NCBI RefSeq assembly: GCF_000021865.1
Contig: NC_014034.1
Coordinates: 3,120,001 to 3,152,000 of the forward strand
Length of the DNA: 32,000 nucleotides
DNA from: Rhodobacter capsulatus SB 1003
GTDB taxonomy: Bacteria > Pseudomonadota > Alphaproteobacteria > Rhodobacterales > Rhodobacteraceae
Reading direction: 5' to 3'
The position numbers were made by a program, and so were the translations under genes. The notes under the pieces were generated by a model. It was not told where the DNA came from. It saw nothing but the letters and a program-made list of their open reading frames with translations, and searched no databases. This document shows, in pieces, positions 8,261-16,925 of the stretch (position 1 is the stretch's first letter; the number at the start of each line of letters is the position of its first letter).

Positions 8261-8893
8261 ATGTGCGGGCGGATTGTCGATCCGAACCTTCGGAACACCG
8301 AGGTGGACATGTCGCAGATCAGGATCGACCCGTTCGGGGGCCGGTTCAACGTCAAGCCGACCGAGACGGTGGTGATCCTGGCGAAGACGCCTCTGATCGC
8401 GATGGAGGCGCGCTGGGGCCTTATCCCGTCATGGTTCGATGGCGGCAGCAGCCCGAAGGCGTGGAAAGCCGCGACGTTCAACGCCCGCATCGAGGATGCG
8501 CGCGAAAAGCCCGCCTTTCGGCAGGTGTGGCGGCACGGCCGCTGCCTTGTGCCGGTAGGCGGTTTTTACGAGTGGAGCGGTCCCAAGGGCGCTCGCCAAC
8601 CGCATTTCTTCCGGCCCGGGGGCAACGAGGCGAACCTGTATCTGGCCGGGCTGGCGAGCCGGTGGCGCGATCTGCTGACCTGCACGATCATGACGCGGGC
8701 GGCGACGGGGGCGATGGGCGGGCTGCATGACCGGATGCCGGTCGTCCTGAACGCGGACGAGCGCGAGGCCTGGCTGGGCAGCACCGACGATGTGTCGGCC
8801 CTCGGGGCCGGGGCGATGCTGGCGCATCATCCGGTTGCGCCGTTCGGGCTGCAAGACGATGGCCCGGAGTTGATCGAGGCGCTTGAGGGGTGA
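8261..8893 (+). CDS. SOS-response-associated peptidase (SRAP/YedK family)
   Basis: Starts MCGR (catalytic Cys2) and contains WGLIPSW, GGFYEW and HDRMPVVL. ATG at 8261 is preceded by GGGAGG. The track ORF from 8042 adds a low-complexity extension. Confidence 0.88.
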   Translation: MCGRIVDPNLRNTEVDMSQIRIDPFGGRFNVKPTETVVILAKTPLIAMEARWGLIPSWFDGGSSPKAWKAATFNARIEDAREKPAFRQVWRHGRCLVPVGGFYEWSGPKGARQPHFFRPGGNEANLYLAGLASRWRDLLTCTIMTRAATGAMGGLHDRMPVVLNADEREAWLGSTDDVSALGAGAMLAHHPVAPFGLQDDGPELIEALEG

Positions 8894-9117
8894 TCAAGCG
8901 GGCGGTGCAGATCTTGCCAATCCGCGCCGTTTGCCCCACCGGCGGGCTCGGATCCTCCTTCAAAGCAGCGTTTTTTTCGGTCAGCGACACCGGAAACGAC
9001 AAATTAACAATGCCGAGATCATCATTGGCTGCGACGCTTTTACTGTTGGATTATTTCCAACTTCGAGCGACATTGAGAAGATGATAGTGATCCGCCGAAG
9101 CAACGGCAACGTGGCGC

Positions 9118-10374
9118 ATGGAACCCGAAGAAATGATCAATCCGGCGGTCCTGAAGTGGGCGCGCGAGACCGCGGGGCTATCCATTGAGGAGGCCGCGAG
9201 CAAGATTGGTTTGACGTCTGGCCCTCGCGGTTCTGCCGCAGAAAAACTTGCGGCTATCGAAGTGGGAGCTCGCGTGCCTTCTGAAGCGCAGCTTCTTAAG
9301 ATGGCCGTCGCCTATCATCGCCCCCTTGTTGCACTATACATGGCAGAGCCGCCTCGGCCAGCAGAGCGCGTTGAAGACTTTAGAACGATTGGCGCACCAG
9401 TTGCCACCCGCGAGGCAGTTCATCTTGACGCGCTGGTTCGGGATGTGCGGATGCGGCAAAGTATCCTGCGCGAAATGATGGAGGATGATGAGGATTCCGA
9501 AGCTATCGAATTCGTGGGAACCTTGACGGTTGCAACCCCGATCACCCAAGCAGCGAGCCGGATCAAGGCGGCTCTCGGGATAGAGGACGACCGCAGTCTT
9601 CGTCGGGGAATGCACGAGCCACAAGATCTCTTTAACGAGTTGCGCCGCAGGACCGAAGCGCTTCGCATTTTCGTCATTCTTCTGGGCGACCTCGGCAGCC
9701 ATCACACGGCAATATCTCCGAATGTGTTTCGAGGTTTCGCCGTTGCTGACAACCTTGCTCCGATGATAGTCATCAACGACCAAGATGCGAAGGCCGCTTG
9801 GTCTTTCACCCTCGTTCACGAATTGACGCACATTTTCGTCGGCAATAGCGGCGTAAGCGGTCTTCCGGTCACTACAGAGCCACGCACACCGAACGCCCGC
9901 ATCGAGCGCTTTTGCAATGACGTTGCCGGGGAGGTATTGCTTCCTTCCCAGGCGTTGGCGCATGTGCCGAAATTGGCTAGCGTTGAGGCAACAATGCGGG
10001 AGGCCGAAGCGCTCTGCCGGGACTGGCATGTGAGCAAGGCCATGGCGGCCTATCGGCTTTGGCGCGAGCGAAAAACAGATAGCGACACCTATGGTGAAGT
10101 TGTCCGCATCTTTGGTGCGCAATGGCAAGGCCAGCGGGAGCGCGAAAAGGAAAAGAGCCGGGATATTGATGGCGGGCCGAATTATTATATCGTGCGGCGG
10201 CATCGGTTGGGGGATGCCTTGTTGCGATTTGTGGGGCGCGGGCTTCGAGCCGATGCAGTAACTCACACCACCGCAGCAAAAGTCTTCGGAGTTCGTCCCG
10301 GAGCCGTTGAGCCCTTACTTGCGAGCATTGCGGGGCTCGGCAATGGCGCTCCAAGGAGGAAGGCGGCGCAGTGA
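9118..10374 (+). CDS. XRE-type HTH fused to an ImmA/IrrE-family zinc metallopeptidase
   Basis: N-terminal HTH (LKWARETAGLSIEEAASKIGL) and the HEXXH motif HELTHIF. It is translationally coupled to the next gene by a GTGA overlap. Confidence 0.85.
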   Translation: MEPEEMINPAVLKWARETAGLSIEEAASKIGLTSGPRGSAAEKLAAIEVGARVPSEAQLLKMAVAYHRPLVALYMAEPPRPAERVEDFRTIGAPVATREAVHLDALVRDVRMRQSILREMMEDDEDSEAIEFVGTLTVATPITQAASRIKAALGIEDDRSLRRGMHEPQDLFNELRRRTEALRIFVILLGDLGSHHTAISPNVFRGFAVADNLAPMIVINDQDAKAAWSFTLVHELTHIFVGNSGVSGLPVTTEPRTPNARIERFCNDVAGEVLLPSQALAHVPKLASVEATMREAEALCRDWHVSKAMAAYRLWRERKTDSDTYGEVVRIFGAQWQGQREREKEKSRDIDGGPNYYIVRRHRLGDALLRFVGRGLRADAVTHTTAAKVFGVRPGAVEPLLASIAGLGNGAPRRKAAQ

Positions 10375-10856
10375 TTTACCTCCTTGATGCCAATACATTG
10401 ATCAGGGCTAACGCCGACTATTATCCGATTGAGCGAATTCCGCAGTTTTGGGATTGGCTGATAGGATGCGGCCAAACAGGTTTGGTGAAAATACCAAACG
10501 AGATCGCAGACGAGGTGACCGCAGGTCGGGATGACGTTGCGGATTGGCTGAAGGAGGCAGAGGCTAAAAATGCACTTCGGCTCAGCGAGAGAGTAGATAT
10601 CACAGCCCTCCGGCATGTCGTTGCCACAGGTTACGCGCCAGACCTCGACTCGACGGAGATGCAGAAGATCGGCAAAGACCCCTTCCTCATTGCTTATGCA
10701 CTCGGAAAGCCCGACCGCAGGGTAGTTACCAAAGAACAGTCAAAGCCCTCCAAAATCCGTTCCAATCGGAAGGTGCCCGATGTGTGCGATGCTTGCGGAG
10801 TAACTTGGTTGAACGATTTCGGCTTCTATCGAGAGGCGGATTTCAGGATCTGCTGA
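10371..10856 (+). CDS. PIN-like DUF4411-family protein (putative toxin/nuclease partner of the ImmA-XRE protein)
   Basis: The N-terminus MIYLLDANTLIRANADYYPIERIPQFWDWL matches the DUF4411 pattern. GTG start at 10371 has AAGGAGGAAGG 7 nt upstream and overlaps the preceding stop by 4 nt. Confidence 0.75.
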   Translation: MIYLLDANTLIRANADYYPIERIPQFWDWLIGCGQTGLVKIPNEIADEVTAGRDDVADWLKEAEAKNALRLSERVDITALRHVVATGYAPDLDSTEMQKIGKDPFLIAYALGKPDRRVVTKEQSKPSKIRSNRKVPDVCDACGVTWLNDFGFYREADFRIC

Positions 10857-10900
10857 CCTTTTGTCAAGTATTCGTTTAGGCTTATGGTCAACTGAATTCC

Positions 10901-11476
10901 CTAATCAGACTTTGGAAGCATTTCGCCGTCCTTATCTAACCCTTGGGAAATGATCGACAGGGCCTTGTCGCGCATCTGGATTGCGGCGCCCCGGCTGATC
11001 GTGCCCCGGGCCTTGATCGCCGCATCGAAGGGCTTTTTCGTCACCTTGCAGCGCAGCCAAAGGGCCAGGATCTTGGCGCTGCCTTCGTGGTCCTTGAGAT
11101 AAATGCGGGGCCAATCGAGCGCGGCTTCATGGCGGCTGATCTGTTCGGGCGACGGCATGACGCGCAGGCGCCGGGGATCGGGGTCTTCGTCACCGGCCAC
11201 CTCGGGCAGGCCCCAGCCCTCGGCCAGATGCTCGTCAAGGCTCGCGATGAAGGGCAGCGCCACCGTCTTGATGCCGCCCGGCCCGGTCCTGCCTGCCGAC
11301 CATTGCGCCCACCGCAGCGCCTCAAGCATCGCCTCGCCCACCGCCTTCGGGGTCCATTGCTCGGCCGGGGCATAGCGCGCCGCCAGCACGGCGTTTTCCC
11401 GTTCGCGGAACCGCTCGGAATACTCGGCCAGCAGGGAGGCCATCTGGGGATTGCGCACGGTTACTCGGGCGTTCAT
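10901..11476 (-). CDS. Hypothetical protein with a possible C-terminal HTH-like segment
   Basis: 191 aa from ATG 11476, with AGGAGG 9 nt upstream. Composition is balanced. The C-terminal segment ISRGAAIQMRDKALSIISQGL resembles an HTH recognition region. Confidence 0.65.
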   Translation of the reverse strand: MNARVTVRNPQMASLLAEYSERFRERENAVLAARYAPAEQWTPKAVGEAMLEALRWAQWSAGRTGPGGIKTVALPFIASLDEHLAEGWGLPEVAGDEDPDPRRLRVMPSPEQISRHEAALDWPRIYLKDHEGSAKILALWLRCKVTKKPFDAAIKARGTISRGAAIQMRDKALSIISQGLDKDGEMLPKSD

Positions 11477-11688
11477 AGGCGGCTGCCTCCTGCTTGTGGG
11501 GATGCGACAAGATAGCACTGGCCCACGGGCAGGGAAAGCCCGCAGCGCCCACGCGCTGGCGCGTGGCGCGCATCTTGGGGCTTCCGCTACCTCACAGCCG
11601 CCAGCGCAAAGTGCGCATCAGCGGGCCGGAAATCGGCCCCTCCGTCGATCCGCCCGCTGCGAGAGTGCTTGCCAGCGCTCTGACACGC

Positions 11689-12756
11689 TCAGAGGTAGCT
11701 TTTGACGGTTGCCTCGATCTGCTCCGCGAATTTGTAGATGTCGGACAAATCTTCGATCTGAACCTTCGTTTCCGACTTGTCGGGCTGCGGCGCAAAGATG
11801 CCCACCGACTTGCTGCTCTTGGCGTTGAAATAGAGGCGGCAGATCGGCTTGCGGTTGTTGTCGTCCACGAAGATGCTGCAATAGGACAGCGCGTCACGCA
11901 TCGTGATCCGGTTCACATTCGCAACTCTCGAAGCGATGGCCCGAACGATCATGAAGGCCTGCATTTCGTCATCAGTCGTCACGGGCTCACTGCCCACAGG
12001 GGCATCGGCTGGCTTCTTGTCGGGGCTGTCGATCTGCGGGGCGTCTTTTCCGAAGGTGATGTTCAGCCGCTCCTGAATGCGGTTGCGCACGATGTCATCC
12101 AGTGCGGCCTGAATGGCCGGGCGCAGCAATTCAATCGCCCCTTTGGTGAGGCTGCCCTCGTAGATGTGCTTGCCGAAGAAGCGCACGAAATCATCGTCCG
12201 GGTTCGCAAGCTGGCGCGAAATCTCGGCCGAGGCGGCTTTGACGTATTTAAGGTTCGACGCCGCCTCAAGGATTGCCTCGATGTCGAAGCCTTCCTTCTG
12301 GAACCGGGCGAGTTCGGCCACCTGCCTGTCATCGTAGTTCTGCAGATCGAAGACGAAGAAGGGCTTTTTGTCCATCTTGTTCGTCTCGTCAATGTCCGAG
12401 AAGAACCAGACCTCGCGGCCATTGGTCAGGATCGCAAGCCGCGCCTCAACCGTCGAGAAATAGCGGAACAACTGACTGTATTGCGCCGACCCCAAGGCCA
12501 TTGAGATGGGTTTCGCTTCCACGAGGATGGCGGGCTTGCCCGCGATCTTGAGGGCAAAGTCGATCTTTTCGCCCTTCTTGATGCCGACATCGGCAATGAA
12601 CTCGGGCACCACCTCTTCGAGATTGAAGGGGTCAAACCCCAGCGCCTTGATCAGCGGCAGGATCACCGAAGTCTTCGTCGCTTCCTCGGTCAGCGCGTGC
12701 TGGCTGGCGTGCCGCGACCGAGCCCCGAGGTCATCCACGCGCTGTTTGAAATCCAT
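11689..12756 (-). CDS. HsdR_N-type PD-(D/E)xK nuclease domain protein with an unassigned C-terminal half
   Basis: EATKTSVILPLIKALGFD ... KIDFAL ... ILVEAK ... LAILTNGREVWFF gives the D...E-x-K core typical of type I restriction enzyme HsdR N-terminal-like domains. ATG at 12756 has GGAGGA 8 nt upstream. Confidence 0.8.
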   Translation of the reverse strand: MDFKQRVDDLGARSRHASQHALTEEATKTSVILPLIKALGFDPFNLEEVVPEFIADVGIKKGEKIDFALKIAGKPAILVEAKPISMALGSAQYSQLFRYFSTVEARLAILTNGREVWFFSDIDETNKMDKKPFFVFDLQNYDDRQVAELARFQKEGFDIEAILEAASNLKYVKAASAEISRQLANPDDDFVRFFGKHIYEGSLTKGAIELLRPAIQAALDDIVRNRIQERLNITFGKDAPQIDSPDKKPADAPVGSEPVTTDDEMQAFMIVRAIASRVANVNRITMRDALSYCSIFVDDNNRKPICRLYFNAKSSKSVGIFAPQPDKSETKVQIEDLSDIYKFAEQIEATVKSYL

Positions 12757-12877
12757 TTCGCCGTTCCTCCATAAACCCAATGGTTGCACGGTGGGACACT
12801 TCTTGACGATTCTCAAGGTCTTGAATGTGACCTGCCGCCAGACCACAGCGCCAGTTTGACAGATCAATGACGCGCCT

Positions 12878-13327
12878 TCAGTCTGGAAGCTGGGCAAGAT
12901 CTGCGGCGATGGCCCCTTGCGCACGGCGCAGCGCATCTTCGATGGCCCGCCGCTCACGCATGTCGCGGGTGACGCGGGCAGGCAAGCCGCCGATCTGATC
13001 CGCGATCACGCCGCAGAGGAAATCGGTCGCGGTTTCCGCCTCGGCATAGGGGATCACGTCACGGCGGGCGACGGCAAGAGCAAGTTCGCTGGCCTCGGCC
13101 CGGGCGTCCCGGGCGCGGGCCATCGCCGCCGAGGCGCTGGCGGTGCGGTTATTGTCGCGCAGGTGGGCGAGATAGGATTGAACCGCCGAAATCATCGGCA
13201 GCTTGTCGCCGTCGAGCGGCGGAAGCGTGCCTGCCGCGATCAGGTTTTCGATCTCCCCCGGTTCGGCGCAGGTCAGGCGGCGCAGGCCGCTCAAGGTGAT
13301 CGTTGCAGTCGGGCGGGCAGTCGTCAT
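12878..13327 (-). CDS. Nu1/COG4220-like small-terminase-like DNA-binding protein (paralogue 2)
   Basis: 149 aa. The pattern ASAAMARARDARAEASELALAVARRDVIPYAEAE...GGLPARV resembles phage Nu1-type TerS. The start overlaps an upstream open frame (ATGA). Confidence 0.5.
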   Translation of the reverse strand: MTTARPTATITLSGLRRLTCAEPGEIENLIAAGTLPPLDGDKLPMISAVQSYLAHLRDNNRTASASAAMARARDARAEASELALAVARRDVIPYAEAETATDFLCGVIADQIGGLPARVTRDMRERRAIEDALRRAQGAIAADLAQLPD

Positions 13328-13498
13328 GCTTTCACCTCTTTCGGCCCAAGGCCGCGCGCGGCCCGGGCGTTTCGCTTGGCAAGGGCCGCGGCCAGCTGGT
13401 CCAACTCCACAGCCAGCCGGGCAATCCGGCGGGCCTCGTCAGGCTGATCAGGGGCCTGTGCGTGGGAGAGAGCGACGAGGCGGGCCAGCGCTTGTCGA

Positions 13499-13813
13499 TC
13501 ACGTCAACGAGATCTGCGCGGCGCGGGCTGCGTCACGGCGCAGGCGGCGAAGATACAATGGCGTGCCGCGAAGGCCCGGCGGTGGCCCCCGGCGGGTCGG
13601 GCGCAGGGCCGCGTCAATTGCAGCATCACCTCCAGCGATCCGGCCCTTGTAATAGGTAATGGCCTCGTTGACGGCATCCGAGAAGACAATGCGCCCATCG
13701 GCGCCCGCGGCCTGACGGATCACAGAGGCGGGCGCGCGCAACTCGCGCGCCGCCACCTCGAAAGGCAACTCCTGCGCCATGAGGCGGGCGACGGCGCGGG
13801 GAAGATCAGTCAT
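13499..13813 (-). CDS. Hypothetical protein (C-terminal third looks out of frame or low-complexity)
   Basis: ATG at 13813 overlaps the stop of the upstream gene (ATGACTGA). The first ~65 aa look sensible and the tail is Arg/Pro/Gly-rich. Confidence 0.45.
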   Translation of the reverse strand: MTDLPRAVARLMAQELPFEVAARELRAPASVIRQAAGADGRIVFSDAVNEAITYYKGRIAGGDAAIDAALRPTRRGPPPGLRGTPLYLRRLRRDAARAAQISLT

Positions 13814-14306
13814 CGCCGCCCCCAAGGTCGCGAAGGTCGCCCGTCGAGAGTGCCGCCAAGGCTCGGACCTTGGCCGCTTCAATGGCACGGCAAGCTGCGC
13901 TGATTTCCGTGGACAACACCTTGCGGGTCGCGGGCGTGAGCCCCTTGTCAACGGGGGCTTTGCGCAGGCGCGAAACCGCGGTGCGCGCGATGCGCTCGAT
14001 GACGGCCTCAGCCTCGGCCAGGTCGATAAGTTCGGCCCGGCGGCGCTCGGTCGAAGCGGCGATCAGAGCCGCCTTCGCCTCATGAGACCGGCTGGCCGCG
14101 GTGCTGGCGGGGGTCTTTCTGGCCTCGGCTTTCAGAAATCTGACGTATCCCTGCACCGCCGAAGTCGCGGTCGTGTGGCCCCGGGCAACCTTGGCGACGT
14201 ATCCCATCTTCGCCAGTTGTCGAAGCCGCTCAGGCCCGATGCCCAGGAGGCGTGCCGCCGCCTCCATCGGCAGGGCGTCCGGGGGCAGATCGGCGGGCGT
14301 GGTCAT
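13806..14306 (-). CDS. Nu1/COG4220-like small-terminase-like DNA-binding protein (paralogue 1)
   Basis: 166 aa from ATG 14306. The HTH (MEAAARLLGIGPERLRQLAKMGYV) is followed by FLKAEARKTPAS...AKAALIAASTERRRAELIDLAEAEAV. It starts 2 nt after the upstream stop. Confidence 0.5.
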   Translation of the reverse strand: MTTPADLPPDALPMEAAARLLGIGPERLRQLAKMGYVAKVARGHTTATSAVQGYVRFLKAEARKTPASTAASRSHEAKAALIAASTERRRAELIDLAEAEAVIERIARTAVSRLRKAPVDKGLTPATRKVLSTEISAACRAIEAAKVRALAALSTGDLRDLGGGDD

Positions 14307-14308
14307 AG

Positions 14309-15019
14309 TCAGCCCCGCGTCAGATCGGCCATCGCCCCACCGGCCAGCCCAGCGGCGCCGATGGACGCATTCGCATCCTTGACGGCTTTCGCCCACATGC
14401 TGTCGATACGCTCGCCCTTCGACATGCCGCCGCCGTTGTCAAACGAGGGGCCGAACGAACCCGCCTCGCGCTGACGCTGCTCGAAAGTTGGATATTTCCG
14501 CGCTTCCGCTTTGGGCGCAGCCAGCAGCGCGGAAACCGCCTGCGCGAGCGTGAGGTCAGTTTCAAGCGCAAGAGCCGAGGCGGTCGCGAAACGGTCGGCG
14601 GCTTCGGGATGGCCGAGGATCGAAGCGACCCGGCGCCGTTCGTTCACCGCCGCCTGGGTGCCGAATGTGCCGATGGCCTCGGGGATCGCCAGCGCCTCGG
14701 CGGTGGCGGAAGCGTCAGGCGGCAGGGTGGCCAGAACCGCCCGTGCGCCCGTGGCATCGAGAGGTGTCGAGATGGCCAAACGTGCCGCTTGCATGGCCTT
14801 GCCCGCGTCGGCACCGGTCTTGATCACGCCCGCAATGCGCTGGCGCTCGGCTTGCGCCTCGGCGGCGATGGCGGCAGCGGCCTTGGCCTGCTCGGCGGCC
14901 TTGGCCTCTGCGGTCAGTTCGGCCTCGATCCGGGCAGCTTCCGCTTCGCGCTCGGCAGGCGAAAGCCCGGTTGCGAACGCACGGCGGGCGGCAACGGATT
15001 TGATTTCAGCGGGTGTCAT
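14309..15019 (-). CDS. Ala-rich protein with an internal duplication; phage scaffold / prohead-protease C-terminal-like (tentative)
   Basis: 236 aa. It has two copies of an ER(Q/R)R(I/V)A.I...A..LA(I/L).T.L....A...L...P module. ATG 15019 overlaps the upstream stop (ATGA). Confidence 0.6.
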   Translation of the reverse strand: MTPAEIKSVAARRAFATGLSPAEREAEAARIEAELTAEAKAAEQAKAAAAIAAEAQAERQRIAGVIKTGADAGKAMQAARLAISTPLDATGARAVLATLPPDASATAEALAIPEAIGTFGTQAAVNERRRVASILGHPEAADRFATASALALETDLTLAQAVSALLAAPKAEARKYPTFEQRQREAGSFGPSFDNGGGMSKGERIDSMWAKAVKDANASIGAAGLAGGAMADLTRG

Positions 15020-15261
15020 CGTTTACTCTCCTTGGATTTTCGCGCGGCGAAGACGGCTTCGATTGCCTCGGTCCGCGCGCTGGCGATGGCGCGGAAGGCC
15101 TTCGCCCTTTCGACCGAGCGAAACTTTGGCCACGCGGCCACGAACCGGCCAAGCAATTCGGAATTGGAAATTGTCAGCCACACCGTCGCCGAGAGTTTCA
15201 GCGCCTCGCGCGGATGGCCGAACCCGACGAACTGCCGAGCTGCTTCTCGCAGATCAGGCAT
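15016..15261 (-). CDS. Hypothetical protein
   Basis: 81 aa with ATG at 15261, balanced composition and coupling to the downstream gene. Confidence 0.55.
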   Translation of the reverse strand: MPDLREAARQFVGFGHPREALKLSATVWLTISNSELLGRFVAAWPKFRSVERAKAFRAIASARTEAIEAVFAARKSKESKR

Positions 15262-15418
15262 CTATATTTTCCACTTCCATTCCGGCGGGTCGGATTTGCT
15301 CGGCGGCGCGGCTCATGAGGAACGCCAGGCCGGGACGCGGCTGCGCTTGCCGATCTTGAAGTTCAGCGCGCGCTGCCCGAGGGTCTTTTACGGCGGAGAT
15401 GTGTGTCTTTTCGGTCAC
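15254..15418 (-). CDS. Possible small ORF (54 codons, GTG start)
   Basis: My own translation is VTEKTHISAVKDPRAARAELQDRQAQPRPGLAFLMSRAAEQIRPAGMEVENIDA. Its TGA overlaps the next ATG, and AAGGA lies upstream of the GTG. It falls below the ORF-track length cutoff. Confidence 0.3.
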   Translation of the reverse strand: MTEKTHISAVKDPRAARAELQDRQAQPRPGLAFLMSRAAEQIRPAGMEVENIDA

Positions 15419-15784
15419 TTACTGTCCTTCCGGTGTTGCAGAAATACAACCAAAATGCGTTTTTCACGGGTCGGAAAACGACGAAAAGCCGGGCCGTCGA
15501 AGCGCCGCTCCTGGGAGGGGGCCGGGTAAGGTCCCTAGACCGGGGGGGCCCCGCAGCGTCCCGGAGCGGCCCACCCACAACCCTCTCGCTCTGGCCGCTG
15601 GGGTAGTGGGACTGCACGCGGGATGCGCGCCCATGGCCTTGCTGCGCGGTCCGGCGAAGGGGATGGCCCGGGCGCAGGGGCACCCGGGCCGCGCCGTGGC
15701 ATCTTGCCGAAGGATGCCCGACGACTTCGATGCGCGAACGGGCCAGCCGGAAATCGGAAGCCTGCCCATCCGTGCATCGCATCT

Positions 15785-16348
15785 TCACGGGATCAGCGCG
15801 GCGTCAGCGGCCAGCGCGACAAGCGGCGACAGGTCAGACCGGCGGGCGATGCTGACGCCCTGCGCTTCGAGCCGCCGGATCGCGCTTTCCTCGGCCAGTT
15901 CGGCGCGCAGGATCTCGGCATCCAGTTCGGCCAGCCGGGCAACCCGGTCGGCGTCGGTCATGCCCGGCCGGGCGCTTTCGAGGTCTTCGAGTTGTCCGAC
16001 GATCAGATCGCGGATCGCGGCACGGTTCGTCGCGACGAACAGGCCGAACAAGGTCTGAACGGCGACGTCCGCACGCCCGCTTTCGGACAGCTTCAAGCCC
16101 GACATGCCGCGCCGATCTCTCAACTGGTGAAGCGAAAGCGCATCGACCGCCTCGGTGGCGATGGCGTCGAGGTGGGCGTCGAGATCGGTCATCACGTCGG
16201 CCAGCACCCGCGGCGCTGCTTCGATCTGGGCGCGATCAGCGCGCAGGCTGGCGATCTGGTCGCGATGCGCGTCAATGGCGGTCAGCAAGGCGTTGATGCC
16301 ATTGGGCACGGCGGGGGCACTCGCTTTGGATTTCGGGGTTTTCAGCAT
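15785..16348 (-). CDS. Hypothetical coiled-coil protein
   Basis: 187 aa from ATG 16348, 1 nt after the upstream stop. The track N-terminal extension is Arg/Pro-rich and is rejected. Confidence 0.6.
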   Translation of the reverse strand: MLKTPKSKASAPAVPNGINALLTAIDAHRDQIASLRADRAQIEAAPRVLADVMTDLDAHLDAIATEAVDALSLHQLRDRRGMSGLKLSESGRADVAVQTLFGLFVATNRAAIRDLIVGQLEDLESARPGMTDADRVARLAELDAEILRAELAEESAIRRLEAQGVSIARRSDLSPLVALAADAALIP

Positions 16349-16349
16349 T

Positions 16350-16850
16350 TCAGCGCACTTCCCCGGCAAGCGTGATCGGCACGGTGGCGCCATGGTCGAG
16401 GGCGAAGCGAAGGGCCGAACGCAGCAGCCGGTCGGCTTGCGCCGCGGCATCCGAGGCGGTTTCGGCTTCCGCGACTGCGGCCTCACGGGCGGCCATCAGT
16501 TGATCGATTTCGGCATTGATCTGCGAAATCTCGCCTTCCGCGCGAAAATCGCCCGCAATGTCGATGCGCTCCGAAATGAGACGCACGCGCACGCGCCGCT
16601 CCTCAATTTTCTCACGCAGCGCGTGCATCTGATCCGATGCGAACCGGGCCGTGGAGCGATGCCGGTCGCGGATCTTGGCCAGGGCTGCCAGTCGCTCGGC
16701 CGGGCGGATTTCGATGCCATCGACGGTCAACGCCGCGGTCGGGTGGGCGGGCTTCGGCGTCGGCGGGGGCGGCAACGGTGCGGTGCGGCGGGGCTGGCCG
16801 CCGTTCACGAATGCGCCGAGGTCGCGAAAGCGGTCTCGATAGTCGGACAT
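16350..16850 (-). CDS. Hypothetical coiled-coil protein
   Basis: 166 aa from ATG 16850 (MSDYRDRFRDL...), with GAAAGG upstream. Confidence 0.6.
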   Translation of the reverse strand: MSDYRDRFRDLGAFVNGGQPRRTAPLPPPPTPKPAHPTAALTVDGIEIRPAERLAALAKIRDRHRSTARFASDQMHALREKIEERRVRVRLISERIDIAGDFRAEGEISQINAEIDQLMAAREAAVAEAETASDAAAQADRLLRSALRFALDHGATVPITLAGEVR

Positions 16851-16925
16851 GTTATGGCCTTTCGGTTTCTTGTCCCAACCATGCCACTGTCGCCACCGTC
16901 CGAGGATACCCCCCCTGAAATGCGA

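Noticed and set aside
11549-11566. 8+8 inverted repeat CCACGCGC-TG-GCGCGTGG between two minus-strand genes
   Set aside because: The 2-nt loop is too tight for a good terminator and there is no U-tract. It could be an operator, but I have no supporting context.
15363-15788. 141-aa minus-strand ORF in the island-2 gap
   Set aside because: The translation is Arg/Pro/Gly/Ser-rich. It breaks the otherwise tight gene coupling and has no SD at its start. I treat the region as non-coding.
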